IMG/VR virus record: IMGVR_UViG_3300042905_003821
DNA length: 64,000 nucleotides
DNA from: an uncultured virus (IMG/VR IMGVR_UViG_3300042905_003821)
Lineage: Duplodnaviria; Heunggongvirae; Uroviricota; Caudoviricetes
Strand: one strand, 5' to 3'
Part shown: in pieces, positions 9,247-18,565 of the stretch
How the letters are laid out: each line of letters begins with the position of its first letter
How positions within the stretch are numbered: the first letter of the stretch is position 1
The notes under the pieces: generated by a model
What the model was told of the DNA's origin: nothing
The model's input: only the letters and a program-made list of their open reading frames with translations
Databases searched by the model: none
Position numbers and translations under genes: made by a program

Positions 9247-9470
9247 TCGTCGTTTCCTGTTTCATCACAACCAGAAAAATGGAACCCAATGACCGAAGTG
9301 CTTCGCACTTCGCCCTCACCTACCCGGACTTCGAGTTCCGCGATGCGGATCTCGAACTCCTTGGTGAGGGTGTCGAGTCTCCGAGATCGAGAATCAAGCT
9401 CGATGTACATGCAACCGGCCAGTCCGACCAGCAAAATAGCACCGAGTGTGGCGTACAGAAAATTGACCAT
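9243..9470 (-). CDS. Small membrane protein
   Basis: N-terminal TM; also carries RVGEGEVRSTS. Confidence 0.55.
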   Translation of the reverse strand: MVNFLYATLGAILLVGLAGCMYIELDSRSRRLDTLTKEFEIRIAELEVRVGEGEVRSTSVIGFHFSGCDETGNDE

Positions 9471-10096
9471 CAGGCATCCTCCAAAGCATTGAGTATTTCA
9501 ACAATCGCAGGGTGTCGCATGTTGTCAGCAGTTGAAAACTGCTGAACCGCAACGCACGACAAGCCCTCGATCTTGTCTAAAAATACTCGGAATTGCCCAC
9601 GGTGTCTAGTATCCTGAGCCGGATCTCCGCAAAAAATCATCGAAGATCCTTTGCCAAGCCTAGTGACGATGGCTCTGAACTCGTCCAAGTCGAGGACTTG
9701 GCACTCGTCCACAATCACCACAGCATCAGTGAAAGTCCGCCCTTGGACGTAGCACAGCGGAACGACGCTCAGCGCGTGTTCGCTGATGCCAATCGACTTG
9801 GCGATTTCCTTGGCGTGCGCAACGTAGGGGGCCATCTTTTCGTGCGGTTCGCCGGGGATGAACCCCAGCGAACTGCGACCCATCTCGACCGGGGACCGAA
9901 CGAAAAAGACTCGTTCGGCCCTCTGCCTGCGAATCGCCCACCCGGCGTATTCGAGGGCAAGATGCGTCTTGCCCGAACCCGCCGGGCCGACTAGGGCCAC
10001 TATCGGGAATTCCTGCAAGAGTTTCATACCCGATTCCTGACTCGCGTTGAACTTTCGACGAGGACTAGGATCTACGACCGGCTCAGGCTTAGCCAT
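9470..10096 (-). CDS. phoH: PhoH-family ATPase
   Basis: GPAGSGKT, LGFIPG, YVQGRTF, VIVDECQ, TRLG, GDPAQ, RHP. Confidence 0.92.
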   Translation of the reverse strand: MAKPEPVVDPSPRRKFNASQESGMKLLQEFPIVALVGPAGSGKTHLALEYAGWAIRRQRAERVFFVRSPVEMGRSSLGFIPGEPHEKMAPYVAHAKEIAKSIGISEHALSVVPLCYVQGRTFTDAVVIVDECQVLDLDEFRAIVTRLGKGSSMIFCGDPAQDTRHRGQFRVFLDKIEGLSCVAVQQFSTADNMRHPAIVEILNALEDA

Positions 10097-10249
10097 TTTT
10101 GGCTTTCTAGGTAAGAGTGGTGGGCAAGACTGCCCACCATTGTAGCCGACTTCGAGCGGCAGGAAAACTTCCTGCCAAGTTCGGAAAAAGCCAAACGAAC
10201 ATCCCTCCTGATTCCCCACCATACAGAAGGAAATCAAGTTCCCCGCTAG

Positions 10250-10610
10250 GGGGACGCTGGTTACTTATGGCTCTCGGTACGGTTTCTTCCGGTGTTTGGG
10301 AGCCACCGGCAGAGCTTTTGGTTTATCTGGAATCAGAGAGTGACCACGGCGTTGTTCTTATTGTGGGATCGACCACCCACCCGTTGCGTGGAACTGCCTA
10401 GTAGGCAGTGCCCCTTTCGCCGTACCGAAGTTTACCTACCACCGCCTGTTCGGTGGAGTAGCCTGCCCTCCGTAGTGGGGGCCAGCGTATTGAGTTTTGT
10501 TACGAATAGCTCGTCGTTTATCTACGAGAAAGAAACGTGTTTTTGTTGCGAAACGCGAAAAGACCGAAGGGCGTTGCAACGCCCTTCGGTCACGTTTCTC
10601 TCCCGTAGAT
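10250..10610. ncRNA. Highly structured non-coding region (candidate ncRNA or origin)
   Basis: Nested helices 10254-60/10482-88 and 10274-82/10420-28; perfect 30-bp palindrome 10562-10591. Confidence 0.4.
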
Positions 10611-10861
10611 CGCTTATCGTACACAGGCATTCCGAGGCTTTCGGCATCACGCTTACTTGCTCCCTGTTTAGCAGTGGCCCTGCAATTCCCTAAGGAATCA
10701 GGCCAGCGAACCCATCTAGCGACCGAGTTGGCCCTACGAGATGCCGTAAATTGTAACCAGACCCCTATCGCATGTCAATGGGCTAGATTATTTTGGAAAT
10801 GGTTCTACGCCGAGCGTAGAACCGAGGCAGGTAGTTTCCATCTTTAACCAAGGGCAAAATT

Positions 10862-11830
10862 ATGAGCATTGAAAATGCGACCGTCACCGGGTGGCGTCCC
10901 GCCACCCGGCAAGATTTGATTGACTTGATCGACGGCGGCGAGCCTCAAGAGGCTCGCTTCCGAGACTTCGACCATCAAACGTGGCGAGAGCAATATCTCG
11001 TAGGATTCGGACCCCGCAAGCCAGATAGTATGGGGTACTTCGAGGGTGACATATCAGGGAAGGGCAAGTTCCTTTGGACACAATGCGAAATCAAGACGCA
11101 GGTTCTTCGAGATCCGAAGTTTTCGGATCTCGACAACGGGCCGATTGAGTGCATGATCTACCCGGACTGGGGAAACCAACAACCTTGGAAGGGTATTCTG
11201 GTGGGCATGAAACACAATCCTAACAACAAACGCAACACAACCGGCATGGAATACGCAACCAAGCGGCCATACGAAAGAAACAGTCCAAACGCTAGTGTTT
11301 CTTTTGAGTGGCACGTCAAAGTCGTCGACAAGTCTCCGAAACCCGAACAGGAAAAAGAACACAAAGTGTCGGTCAAGCTCAATAGCATGATTGACGCAAA
11401 CGGGGTTGTTGGTGTTGCGATTGCTGATTCTGCACCGGTGTCAGATAATCTCGAACAGACTTCGACCGGTTGGCGAACGCCAACCGTCGAAGATCTCAAG
11501 AACGGGCCAATCTGGTGTGAAGTACGCGATTGTGAGAAAGAAGGATGGACAACAGCCACTCTGCGAAGTATTGATTTCGGATCGGGGTTTCCTTATTCGT
11601 GTAACAATTTCGCATGGGAACAATGCCGAATCAAGGCCACCGAGCCTGCTTCGCAGGCTCGCTACCGCCAAGTCGACACCGGCGACGAGGGTAAGTTGGT
11701 GGAGTTCTTGGATGAACGAACCGGTTCGTTCATCGAACGAACACTCCTAAGATTCGCTACCCGAGGCGGCTGTATGCTACCTGTGGACCAAGACGGATGC
11801 GTATGCGTTTACGCTCGGATTCACAGGTAA
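10862..11830 (+). CDS. Hypothetical protein with 3 internal copies of a ~50-aa W/R-rich domain
   Basis: Repeats WRPATRQDL..G..EARFRD..W..L..W.QC, RDPKFSDL.NGPIEC, WRTPTVEDL.NGPIWCEVRD..W..L..WEQC. Confidence 0.75.
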   Translation: MSIENATVTGWRPATRQDLIDLIDGGEPQEARFRDFDHQTWREQYLVGFGPRKPDSMGYFEGDISGKGKFLWTQCEIKTQVLRDPKFSDLDNGPIECMIYPDWGNQQPWKGILVGMKHNPNNKRNTTGMEYATKRPYERNSPNASVSFEWHVKVVDKSPKPEQEKEHKVSVKLNSMIDANGVVGVAIADSAPVSDNLEQTSTGWRTPTVEDLKNGPIWCEVRDCEKEGWTTATLRSIDFGSGFPYSCNNFAWEQCRIKATEPASQARYRQVDTGDEGKLVEFLDERTGSFIERTLLRFATRGGCMLPVDQDGCVCVYARIHR

Positions 11831-11868
11831 TTCTTGCCAATCCTAGCGATTCTCGCTAGGATTAAGGC

Positions 11869-12684
11869 ATGACCACCGAAGCCGAAACCAACCCCAACGT
11901 GTTTACGCCTGACCGCATCTGGCAGGCGTTTTCTTTTGCGCTGACCACAACCAGTGATCCCGAGTTGGCCGCTGCCCTCGGTATCACCGAGGGCAAGCTC
12001 AAAGAGTGGAAGCAAAGCGAACCGGCCTTCTATCGGGCCATCCTGGCCGCTAGGAAGGCCGGAGCCGACAGCAGAGGCGGAAACGGCCTGATTGCTCGGC
12101 ACGTCGGGAACTCGCTCCCGCCGGAGCTACGCGAGCTTTGGGAGGAGTTGTCTGAGGACAAGTCTGACCGCGAGGCAGTCATGTACAACCTCGCAACGCG
12201 AGGGGACTTCGACAAACAGCGGTTGCTCGTCCACGCCCTGAGCGTGACTCGCTTCGATCTGAACGCCTGCTGCAAAATGCTCGACATCTCGAAGGCCCAG
12301 CTTGACAAGTGGGCCAAAGACGATCCTCGGTTTGCGAAGCTGTGGGAAGAAGTCTACTTCCAGAAACGCAACTTCGTCGAGTCGAAGTTGATGGATCTGG
12401 TCGAAGATGGGAACGCCAAGGCGATCATCTTTGCCAACGAAAGGCTGAACCGCGAGCAGTACGGCCAGAAGATCGAGGTCACCGGGCAGGTGAGCCACAT
12501 CCACGCCCACATCGACGTGTCCAAGTTGGACTTGGACCCGGAGACAAAATCGAAGATCCTGCTTGCGTGCAAGCAGGCTGGGATGCTTGATATGGACGGG
12601 TTGCTGATCGAAGATCGGCAGACCGTCGAGGGGCAGGTTGTTAAGTCGCTTGGCAACCAGCAATTTGGCGAAACACCACTTTGA
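11869..12684 (+). CDS. Probable terminase small subunit (double HTH)
   Basis: ACCKMLDIS...W...DPRF HTH, then VESKLMDLV..GN.KAIIF..ER...QYGQKIEVTG, typical of TerS. Confidence 0.65.
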   Translation: MTTEAETNPNVFTPDRIWQAFSFALTTTSDPELAAALGITEGKLKEWKQSEPAFYRAILAARKAGADSRGGNGLIARHVGNSLPPELRELWEELSEDKSDREAVMYNLATRGDFDKQRLLVHALSVTRFDLNACCKMLDISKAQLDKWAKDDPRFAKLWEEVYFQKRNFVESKLMDLVEDGNAKAIIFANERLNREQYGQKIEVTGQVSHIHAHIDVSKLDLDPETKSKILLACKQAGMLDMDGLLIEDRQTVEGQVVKSLGNQQFGETPL

Positions 12685-12895
12685 GCGGTGGTTTGAAGTG
12701 TCGAGTGACGGTCATCACAGCCGTTCCTGTGGGGTCGACTACAGGGACGCCAGCTTCATCCAAGACGTGCTGGGTGACTTCGCCGGTTTCTGTGTCGCAC
12801 GCTACTGATTGACCATCGATTTGGTTCCCATCAGCATCGAGAATGTAGTCGACCGGCTTTCCGATCTTGCTAGTATTTTGAACCGTGTAGATCAT
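12641..12895 (-). CDS. Hypothetical protein
   Basis: 84-aa ORF in short minus-strand operon. Confidence 0.55.
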   Translation of the reverse strand: MIYTVQNTSKIGKPVDYILDADGNQIDGQSVACDTETGEVTQHVLDEAGVPVVDPTGTAVMTVTRHFKPPLKVVFRQIAGCQAT

Positions 12896-12904
12896 CGGAT
12901 TGCC

Positions 12905-13279
12905 CTATAATCGTCTGCGCAGGGCCTTGGCCCTGCTATCTTCCGGCCAGTAGCACAACACCAGTGTGTGCCGATTCATTTGCTCCAATAAACGCTCAAG
13001 GGCCGAATCCCCAATACCCGCTGCGGCTTGTGGACTCAGCCCAAGAGCTATCTCGGAAATTGTATCTACCAAAAGATTGTCGTCAATAAGCAGACGAACA
13101 TTGCATTTTCGGTCGAGGTCGGCCAAGGCCGCCGTCGCCCCGACGACCAAGGCTTTCCTACGGTTGGCGGACCTGCAAGACCCTTGCAGTTCCACCACCC
13201 ATTTCTTTTCGTCAGGGTAAGTGTTCGAGGCCCAGTCACCGCCATCGGCGGTGACGTAGATCGAGTAGTCGAGGATCAT
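12905..13279 (-). CDS. Degenerate RNase HI-like fold protein
   Basis: Resembles the RNase HI pattern (ANRRKALVVGATAALADLDRKCNVRLLIDD...LERL...RH.LVLCYW); catalytic Glu absent. Confidence 0.5.
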   Translation of the reverse strand: MILDYSIYVTADGGDWASNTYPDEKKWVVELQGSCRSANRRKALVVGATAALADLDRKCNVRLLIDDNLLVDTISEIALGLSPQAAAGIGDSALERLLEQMNRHTLVLCYWPEDSRAKALRRRL

Positions 13280-13542
13280 TTAGGGTTGAGAGCTTTCTCG
13301 ATGGCGAGTTTCTTGGCTGTCTCTGCGGATTTCCGAAGGATTTCCGCATCGATCAGGTGGTCGTTGGGTTCGTACTTGGAACACCAGTCGTCGTGTCGGA
13401 CCTTGGGGAATCCGGTGGCTCGGGGAGGACTGTATCGGCATTCGCGGTGCTTGCCACCGCCGGATGCCCAGGAGCAGAACTTGCACGCTTTCGGGGGGAG
13501 TTGCTTGCCGTCATCTTCGATCTTACGGTGGGGGATTGGCAT
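13276..13542 (-). CDS. Small Cys-rich (Zn/Fe-binding) phage protein
   Basis: CKFC...ECRYSPP...FP.V..DDWC. Confidence 0.6.
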   Translation of the reverse strand: MPIPHRKIEDDGKQLPPKACKFCSWASGGGKHRECRYSPPRATGFPKVRHDDWCSKYEPNDHLIDAEILRKSAETAKKLAIEKALNPK

Positions 13543-13793
13543 GGTTCTTTGGGGGTTAGGACTTCGATTGACTTCACCGCTGCGCGGAGAATCGTATATG
13601 CCGTCACGTTTGCGTCTTGTTCGTGTTCATCCGAGTCAGCGTATTTCCAACAGGCGATCACAAGTGATCGCCTGTCCTTCCGCAAAACCCGACCAAAAAC
13701 CTCAAAAACAATGTGTTGCTCGCCCACGGCGTGGTCGTCAAAGACCACTCGAACTACGTCGCCGAGGTTGCAATTTTTGTTTATTTTTGGCAT
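13353..13793 (-). CDS. Hypothetical protein (N-terminal ~80 aa look like the real domain; C-terminal part overlaps next gene)
   Basis: GDVVRVVFDDH...VFGRV... beta-rich pattern. Confidence 0.5.
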   Translation of the reverse strand: MPKINKNCNLGDVVRVVFDDHAVGEQHIVFEVFGRVLRKDRRSLVIACWKYADSDEHEQDANVTAYTILRAAVKSIEVLTPKEPCQSPTVRSKMTASNSPRKRASSAPGHPAVASTANADTVLPEPPDSPRSDTTTGVPSTNPTTT

Positions 13794-13883
13794 TTTGATC
13801 TGAATTCTGGGAAGTTGTCATTGCAACAAGGCAACAAGACGATAAGCTACTTGAACAGTTGTTTCATTCCCCAGGAGGTTACT

Positions 13884-14330
13884 ATGCCTGATTATACCGA
13901 TGCTTACCACCTTGCCAAAGTTTTCGCCATCACCATCGCCCGGAAGTACAACGTGGACATCGACGATGCGATTTCTGATGGATATTTGGCTGTTTCCGAG
14001 AGAATTTCACGATTCGACCCCGAAAAGGCCAAACTCCAAACGTACATCTACATGGTGGTGAGCCGCCAGATCATCACGACTTTGCGGTCCCGCAAAGTCC
14101 GAGCCTGTGTCAAGAGCAATTCTGACGAGGTTTGTGGGAACACGGCGGCTTGTCCCGAAGGAAGCTCCGACGACGATTCGTCGGTGGTGGTTCGACTTGC
14201 TCTGGATCTTGCCGCGAGCGGCAAGAAACACAAGACGATTCGCAAGAGCGTTGAAAACGCTCTTGTCGAAGCGGGTTGGGGCAAGAATCGAATCGCCGAG
14301 GCGTTCGATTCTGTTTTGGAGGGAGCGTGA
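13884..14330 (+). CDS. Sigma-70 region-2-like factor
   Basis: DIDDAISDGYLAV...RFDPEKAKLQTYIY..V.RQI matches sigma region 2; AGGAGG RBS. Confidence 0.75.
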   Translation: MPDYTDAYHLAKVFAITIARKYNVDIDDAISDGYLAVSERISRFDPEKAKLQTYIYMVVSRQIITTLRSRKVRACVKSNSDEVCGNTAACPEGSSDDDSSVVVRLALDLAASGKKHKTIRKSVENALVEAGWGKNRIAEAFDSVLEGA

Positions 14331-14332
14331 AC

Positions 14333-14554
14333 ATGCCAACAAAAGAACCAACACCGCCGCCCCCAAAGCCAAGGTACGATCACCCCCTAGCCGAAGATAT
14401 TGTGAGTACCGCCCTTAGTTGGCGATACTTTCAGACTGTGGGGCACAGTAAAACGGCAGATCGCTACCTAGACCAACTAGCCGACATGATCGACAAGATG
14501 GTCTACGACTTAGACCACCCGCCAACATCACCCCCGCCGCCGAAAGCCAGATAG
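14333..14554 (+). CDS. Hypothetical proline-rich small protein
   Basis: GGAGGGAG RBS; coupled ORF. Confidence 0.5.
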   Translation: MPTKEPTPPPPKPRYDHPLAEDIVSTALSWRYFQTVGHSKTADRYLDQLADMIDKMVYDLDHPPTSPPPPKAR

Positions 14555-14649
14555 TCGAACCATGCTTCGATACCTACCCATCCTGCTGCTTGTCGCAGCA
14601 GGATGCAGTTCCCCTAAACCTGTTCTATACGAAATCATTGAGGTTAAAA

Positions 14650-14841
14650 ATGCCTGCTCTGTCCCTTACTCGACACCCCAACGAATCCATAATAATTGGC
14701 GACGACATTCGAGTCACGATTGTTGTCGTTCGCGGAAAGCGAGTCCGAGTCAAAATTGAAGCCCCGGAGGACGTTTGCGTCCTCCGAGAAGAACTTGCGA
14801 AACCCAAAGAAGCTGGACTAGCTCAAGGAGTGCGAGGATGA
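14650..14841 (+). CDS. csrA: Carbon storage regulator CsrA homolog
   Basis: LSLTRHPNESIIIGDDIRVTIV.V.GKRVRV.IEAP.DV.VLREEL; GAGG RBS. Confidence 0.92.
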   Translation: MPALSLTRHPNESIIIGDDIRVTIVVVRGKRVRVKIEAPEDVCVLREELAKPKEAGLAQGVRG

Positions 14842-14954
14842 TCGATTGGAGTGAAGTCGGCTACTGCGTAGCCTCCACCTGCGGAATTTGCCTCGCAGCC
14901 TATGCGACTGCGAAGCTCATTGAGTGGTTCGCCGCCGAAGTGTTCGAGGAATAG

Positions 14955-16346
14955 ATGGCTACCAAGCACAAGCTGTTCCCATACCAAGAACAAGGCGTGG
15001 ACTTTATGGCGAAAGTCCACGGCGGGATCTTGCTCGCAGACGAGCAAGGTCTAGGAAAGACCGCACAAGTCGCGACTTTGGCTGCTCGCCAAAGTCTCTG
15101 GCCCCTACTGATCGTCTGCCCAGCTTCCCTAAAGGGAAACTGGCAGCGCGAACTCAAGATGTGGGCTGATGCCGACTCGCTGGTCGTCGAGGGCAAGTCG
15201 CTTGCGACTTTGCCCGACGAACTACCAAAGGCGGTGATCGTCAACTACGACATCCTCTACGACCAGCGGCCATTGCTTGGCCGCTACCAGTGGAAGTGTA
15301 TAGCCTTCGACGAAGTACACAACCTCAGCAACCGAGCCAGCAAGCGGACCAAGGCGGCTAAGTACCTTAGCCGTCTGACGACCAAGGTGATCGGAATGTC
15401 AGGCACGCCGGTGATGAACCGGCCTGCCGACTTCTGGCCGATTTTGAACATCATCAGACCGGAACTGTTCCCCGCTTGGCAGGCTTACGCGACTCGCTAC
15501 TGCGAGCCTCGTAAGACGCATTGGGGATGGGAATACAAGGGCGCGACCAACTTGGGGGAACTCCATGAGAAGATCAAGCCGTTTATGCTCAGGCGGCTCA
15601 AGGAGGACGTACTCGACCTCCCCGAGAAGAAGATGATCGTCGTCCCGTTGCACTTGGACGACCGAAGCGACCTCGACGCCGCTGAGGCCGACTTCATGGG
15701 ATGGCTGGCTCAGAACAGCAAGTACGGGAGCGTCACCAGCGCGCAGAAAGCCGAAGCCGTCACACGGCTCGGCATTCTGCTCAGGCTTACGAGCCGACTC
15801 AAGGCTCGCGCTGTGGTGGATTGGTCACGGAAGTTCTTCCGTGACAACCCTAAAGAGAAGTTGATCCTTTTTGCGGTGCATACGCAAATGGTGGACGTTC
15901 TCAAGCGTAGAATCTTGCCGGAGGAAAACGTCGTCGTCATCGACGGCTCGACTCCGACGAAGAAACGACAGGGCATTGTGGATCGGTTCCAGACCGATCC
16001 ACAATGCAGACTGCTGGTTGGGAATATCAAGGCAGCGGGGGTCGGCTTGACGCTTACAGCGGCAAGCACGATTGCCAACGCCGAGATGTGGTGGACACCT
16101 GCGGTGATGGCCCAAGGGGCAGATCGCGTTCACCGAATCGGCCAGAAGGAAACCTGCGACATTTACTACCTTGTCGTGCCAGATACGGTCGAAGAACGTA
16201 TCTGCAAGGCGATTCAAACCAAGCAGCAGGTTGCGAACAGCATCGTCGATGGCCGACAGGCCGCGACGATGCCTGTGTTGGATTTACTTTTATCAGAAAC
16301 AGGAGGACTACTCAGTGGCAAGCGACCCCACAAAACTAAGCACTAG
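14955..16346 (+). CDS. SNF2-family helicase/ATPase (SMARCAL1-like)
   Basis: LADEQGLGKT, IVCPAS, DEVH, SGTP..N, RRLK, GVGLTLT, QGADRVHRIGQ. Confidence 0.93.
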   Translation: MATKHKLFPYQEQGVDFMAKVHGGILLADEQGLGKTAQVATLAARQSLWPLLIVCPASLKGNWQRELKMWADADSLVVEGKSLATLPDELPKAVIVNYDILYDQRPLLGRYQWKCIAFDEVHNLSNRASKRTKAAKYLSRLTTKVIGMSGTPVMNRPADFWPILNIIRPELFPAWQAYATRYCEPRKTHWGWEYKGATNLGELHEKIKPFMLRRLKEDVLDLPEKKMIVVPLHLDDRSDLDAAEADFMGWLAQNSKYGSVTSAQKAEAVTRLGILLRLTSRLKARAVVDWSRKFFRDNPKEKLILFAVHTQMVDVLKRRILPEENVVVIDGSTPTKKRQGIVDRFQTDPQCRLLVGNIKAAGVGLTLTAASTIANAEMWWTPAVMAQGADRVHRIGQKETCDIYYLVVPDTVEERICKAIQTKQQVANSIVDGRQAATMPVLDLLLSETGGLLSGKRPHKTKH

Positions 16347-16602
16347 GGCTTTGACCGTGAACCGACTGCCCGAGCAGTTGGTCACGGGCATCAAGACGCT
16401 GGCAATCCAACTGGATTGCACAGTCGAGGATCTTATGGCGGTGGTACTGCAAAGAGCTTTGGACGAAGGCCAAAAGCTCTTTGTACCGGTGCAACGCCTC
16501 AAGAAAGCTAGGAAACAGGAAATCGAAGATCGCAGGAAACTGCGATCTTCGTTGGAACAACTACAACCGAAACTCAAACAACTGGAAGCTCAAAATGGGT
16601 AG
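16315..16602 (+). CDS. Possible ribbon-helix-helix DNA-binding protein
   Basis: LTVNRLPEQLV..IK.LA....CTVEDL...L..AL; GTG after AGGAGG. Confidence 0.45.
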   Translation: MASDPTKLSTRALTVNRLPEQLVTGIKTLAIQLDCTVEDLMAVVLQRALDEGQKLFVPVQRLKKARKQEIEDRRKLRSSLEQLQPKLKQLEAQNG

Positions 16603-16927
16603 GACCAAAAGCAAAGTATCCCCAAGCGGCCAGATCGCCGATGCGATCATAGCCAAACTACAACCGTGGTATAGCCCTACGTGGCTCCATGTCACCCCGT
16701 GGTCTGTGCGAATTGATATTTGCGGTATGGTTGTGCGGGTCCAGTGCGCTAAACCAGACGAGACGGAGCTTTATCCGGGACGGAAATACGAAGTCGATCT
16801 ACAAGACGCATGGGACAACAACCATCCCGAAACCACCCGAGAACACATCGAGAAAATCCTCAACGGATGGACTCGCGACGACAAAGGAAACCTTCACCCA
16901 CCTGCGAACCATGCCACTGATTCCTGA
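16595..16927 (+). CDS. Hypothetical protein
   Basis: Coupled ORF. Confidence 0.55.
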   Translation: MGRTKSKVSPSGQIADAIIAKLQPWYSPTWLHVTPWSVRIDICGMVVRVQCAKPDETELYPGRKYEVDLQDAWDNNHPETTREHIEKILNGWTRDDKGNLHPPANHATDS

Positions 16928-17516
16928 ACCCGATCAACCGAAAACCGAGTCTCCCGCTGTCCGGCTTCGCCGGAAGCATATCAAGGTTAGCGGGGGCCAG
17001 AGCAGCTCGTTGAGGGACTTCAACGAGCTGCTCAAGGCGCACAGTTACGCCGACATCGACAAGATGTTGACGTGGCTACGAAAGCAGCCAGAGTCCGTCA
17101 AGAACATCACCAGTGCTTTGTTCAGGCATTCGTTCAAGGAATTGCTGTCTCGGCAAAAGAATGCGCTGGACGACTACCCGACCACCGAGGCGGCCCAAGA
17201 AGTCTTGGGCCGCTTGGAGAACACAATCGGCCTTGAGTACATCCAGCATTGCATGGACACCTACACCGCTTTTGTTTCATACTTGAAACAAAAGACGGGG
17301 GTGGCTGAGACGCTGGTAACTCACTTGCCACCGGCAAGTGAGTTCGCGTTCCTGTGGTTCGAGCGAATCTGCGGAACCTTCTCGCCGAAGTTCCGCAAGT
17401 TCGAGGTCAACCACCCGAAGTTTCAGCAATTCCTGCATGGAATTGCTAAGAGTCAGGGTGAATCGTTACCCTTCGTCCGACTGATGAACGAGTACAATGA
17501 AAAGACCAATGTGTAG
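16911..17516 (+). CDS. Hypothetical protein
   Basis: Coupled ORF upstream of primase. Confidence 0.6.
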   Translation: MPLIPEPDQPKTESPAVRLRRKHIKVSGGQSSSLRDFNELLKAHSYADIDKMLTWLRKQPESVKNITSALFRHSFKELLSRQKNALDDYPTTEAAQEVLGRLENTIGLEYIQHCMDTYTAFVSYLKQKTGVAETLVTHLPPASEFAFLWFERICGTFSPKFRKFEVNHPKFQQFLHGIAKSQGESLPFVRLMNEYNEKTNV

Positions 17517-17698
17517 TTTCTGTGGGAATCCTCTGACAGCAACGAGTCCTGCGGACTCTTGCCCGTGTTTTAGGTGTGATACATGCAATGTGCGAATTGT
17601 GGTTACCAATCAATCGTACTTACAAGGTGACCTTCGAGCGTACTATTGGCATTTGGTATACGGGGGCGGGTTACTAAAACAAACATGGCCGGAACCAA

Positions 17699-18565
17699 AT
17701 GACACCCACGGATCTGCTCCAAAGGCATAACATATCGGTCGCAGGCCCAGACGATACGCACTATCGTCTGGGCTGGACCAACACCAAGTGTCCCTTCTGC
17801 CACGGGCAGAAGAACCACTTGGGGATCAAAAACGATTTCTCTCGCGCAAACTGCTACAAGTGTGGGAAGAAAGACGTTCTCCACACACTTCGCATTCTGA
17901 CCAAGGAAAACCTAGATGCCCTCAAACATCTCCGAGCCTTCGCTACACCAAGAATTGACATCGGCCATCCTCGCTATGGGCGATACGTCCCCCCTCCGAA
18001 CCTTGTCGCCCTTAATCAACGAGATCGAGCGTATTTGCTCAACCGGGGGTTGGACGCTGATCGAATTAAAGACCGATACTCCCTGCTTTCGACCGGCAGA
18101 TTCTCGGGACTTCCCAAGGGAATTTTCATTCCGATTACGTTTCGGGGCGAGCCTATTTCCTGGACTATCCGATTCCTAGAAGCCGTAGACGGACAGCGGT
18201 ACAAGACCGCTGCCGACAGCCAGAAAAGTATGTCCGAAAAGGACATACTTTTCGGAGCAGAAACTTGTACCAACACGATCATTGTGGTAGAAGGGTTTTT
18301 CGACATGGCGAACATCGGAGATGGAGCCGTTTGCACCTTCGGTCTTGCGTACACGCAAGAGCAGGTTAGACTGATGGCAGGTTATCCTCGTAGGATAATC
18401 TGCTTCGACAATTCGTCGGACGCACAGCGAGTCGCTTCGCGACTCGCTGGCGATTTAGCAGTGTTTCCAGGGGAAACACTGCAAGTAACTCTGGACGCAG
18501 ACGACCCTGGGTCGGCAAGTCCAGAGGAAGTTCAGGAACTCAGAAAATTTGCGGGGCTAGAATAA
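17699..18565 (+). CDS. DNA primase (Zn finger + TOPRIM)
   Basis: CPFC...CYKC zinc finger; IVVEGFFD, ICFDN, D.DDPG TOPRIM motifs. Confidence 0.9.
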   Translation: MTPTDLLQRHNISVAGPDDTHYRLGWTNTKCPFCHGQKNHLGIKNDFSRANCYKCGKKDVLHTLRILTKENLDALKHLRAFATPRIDIGHPRYGRYVPPPNLVALNQRDRAYLLNRGLDADRIKDRYSLLSTGRFSGLPKGIFIPITFRGEPISWTIRFLEAVDGQRYKTAADSQKSMSEKDILFGAETCTNTIIVVEGFFDMANIGDGAVCTFGLAYTQEQVRLMAGYPRRIICFDNSSDAQRVASRLAGDLAVFPGETLQVTLDADDPGSASPEEVQELRKFAGLE

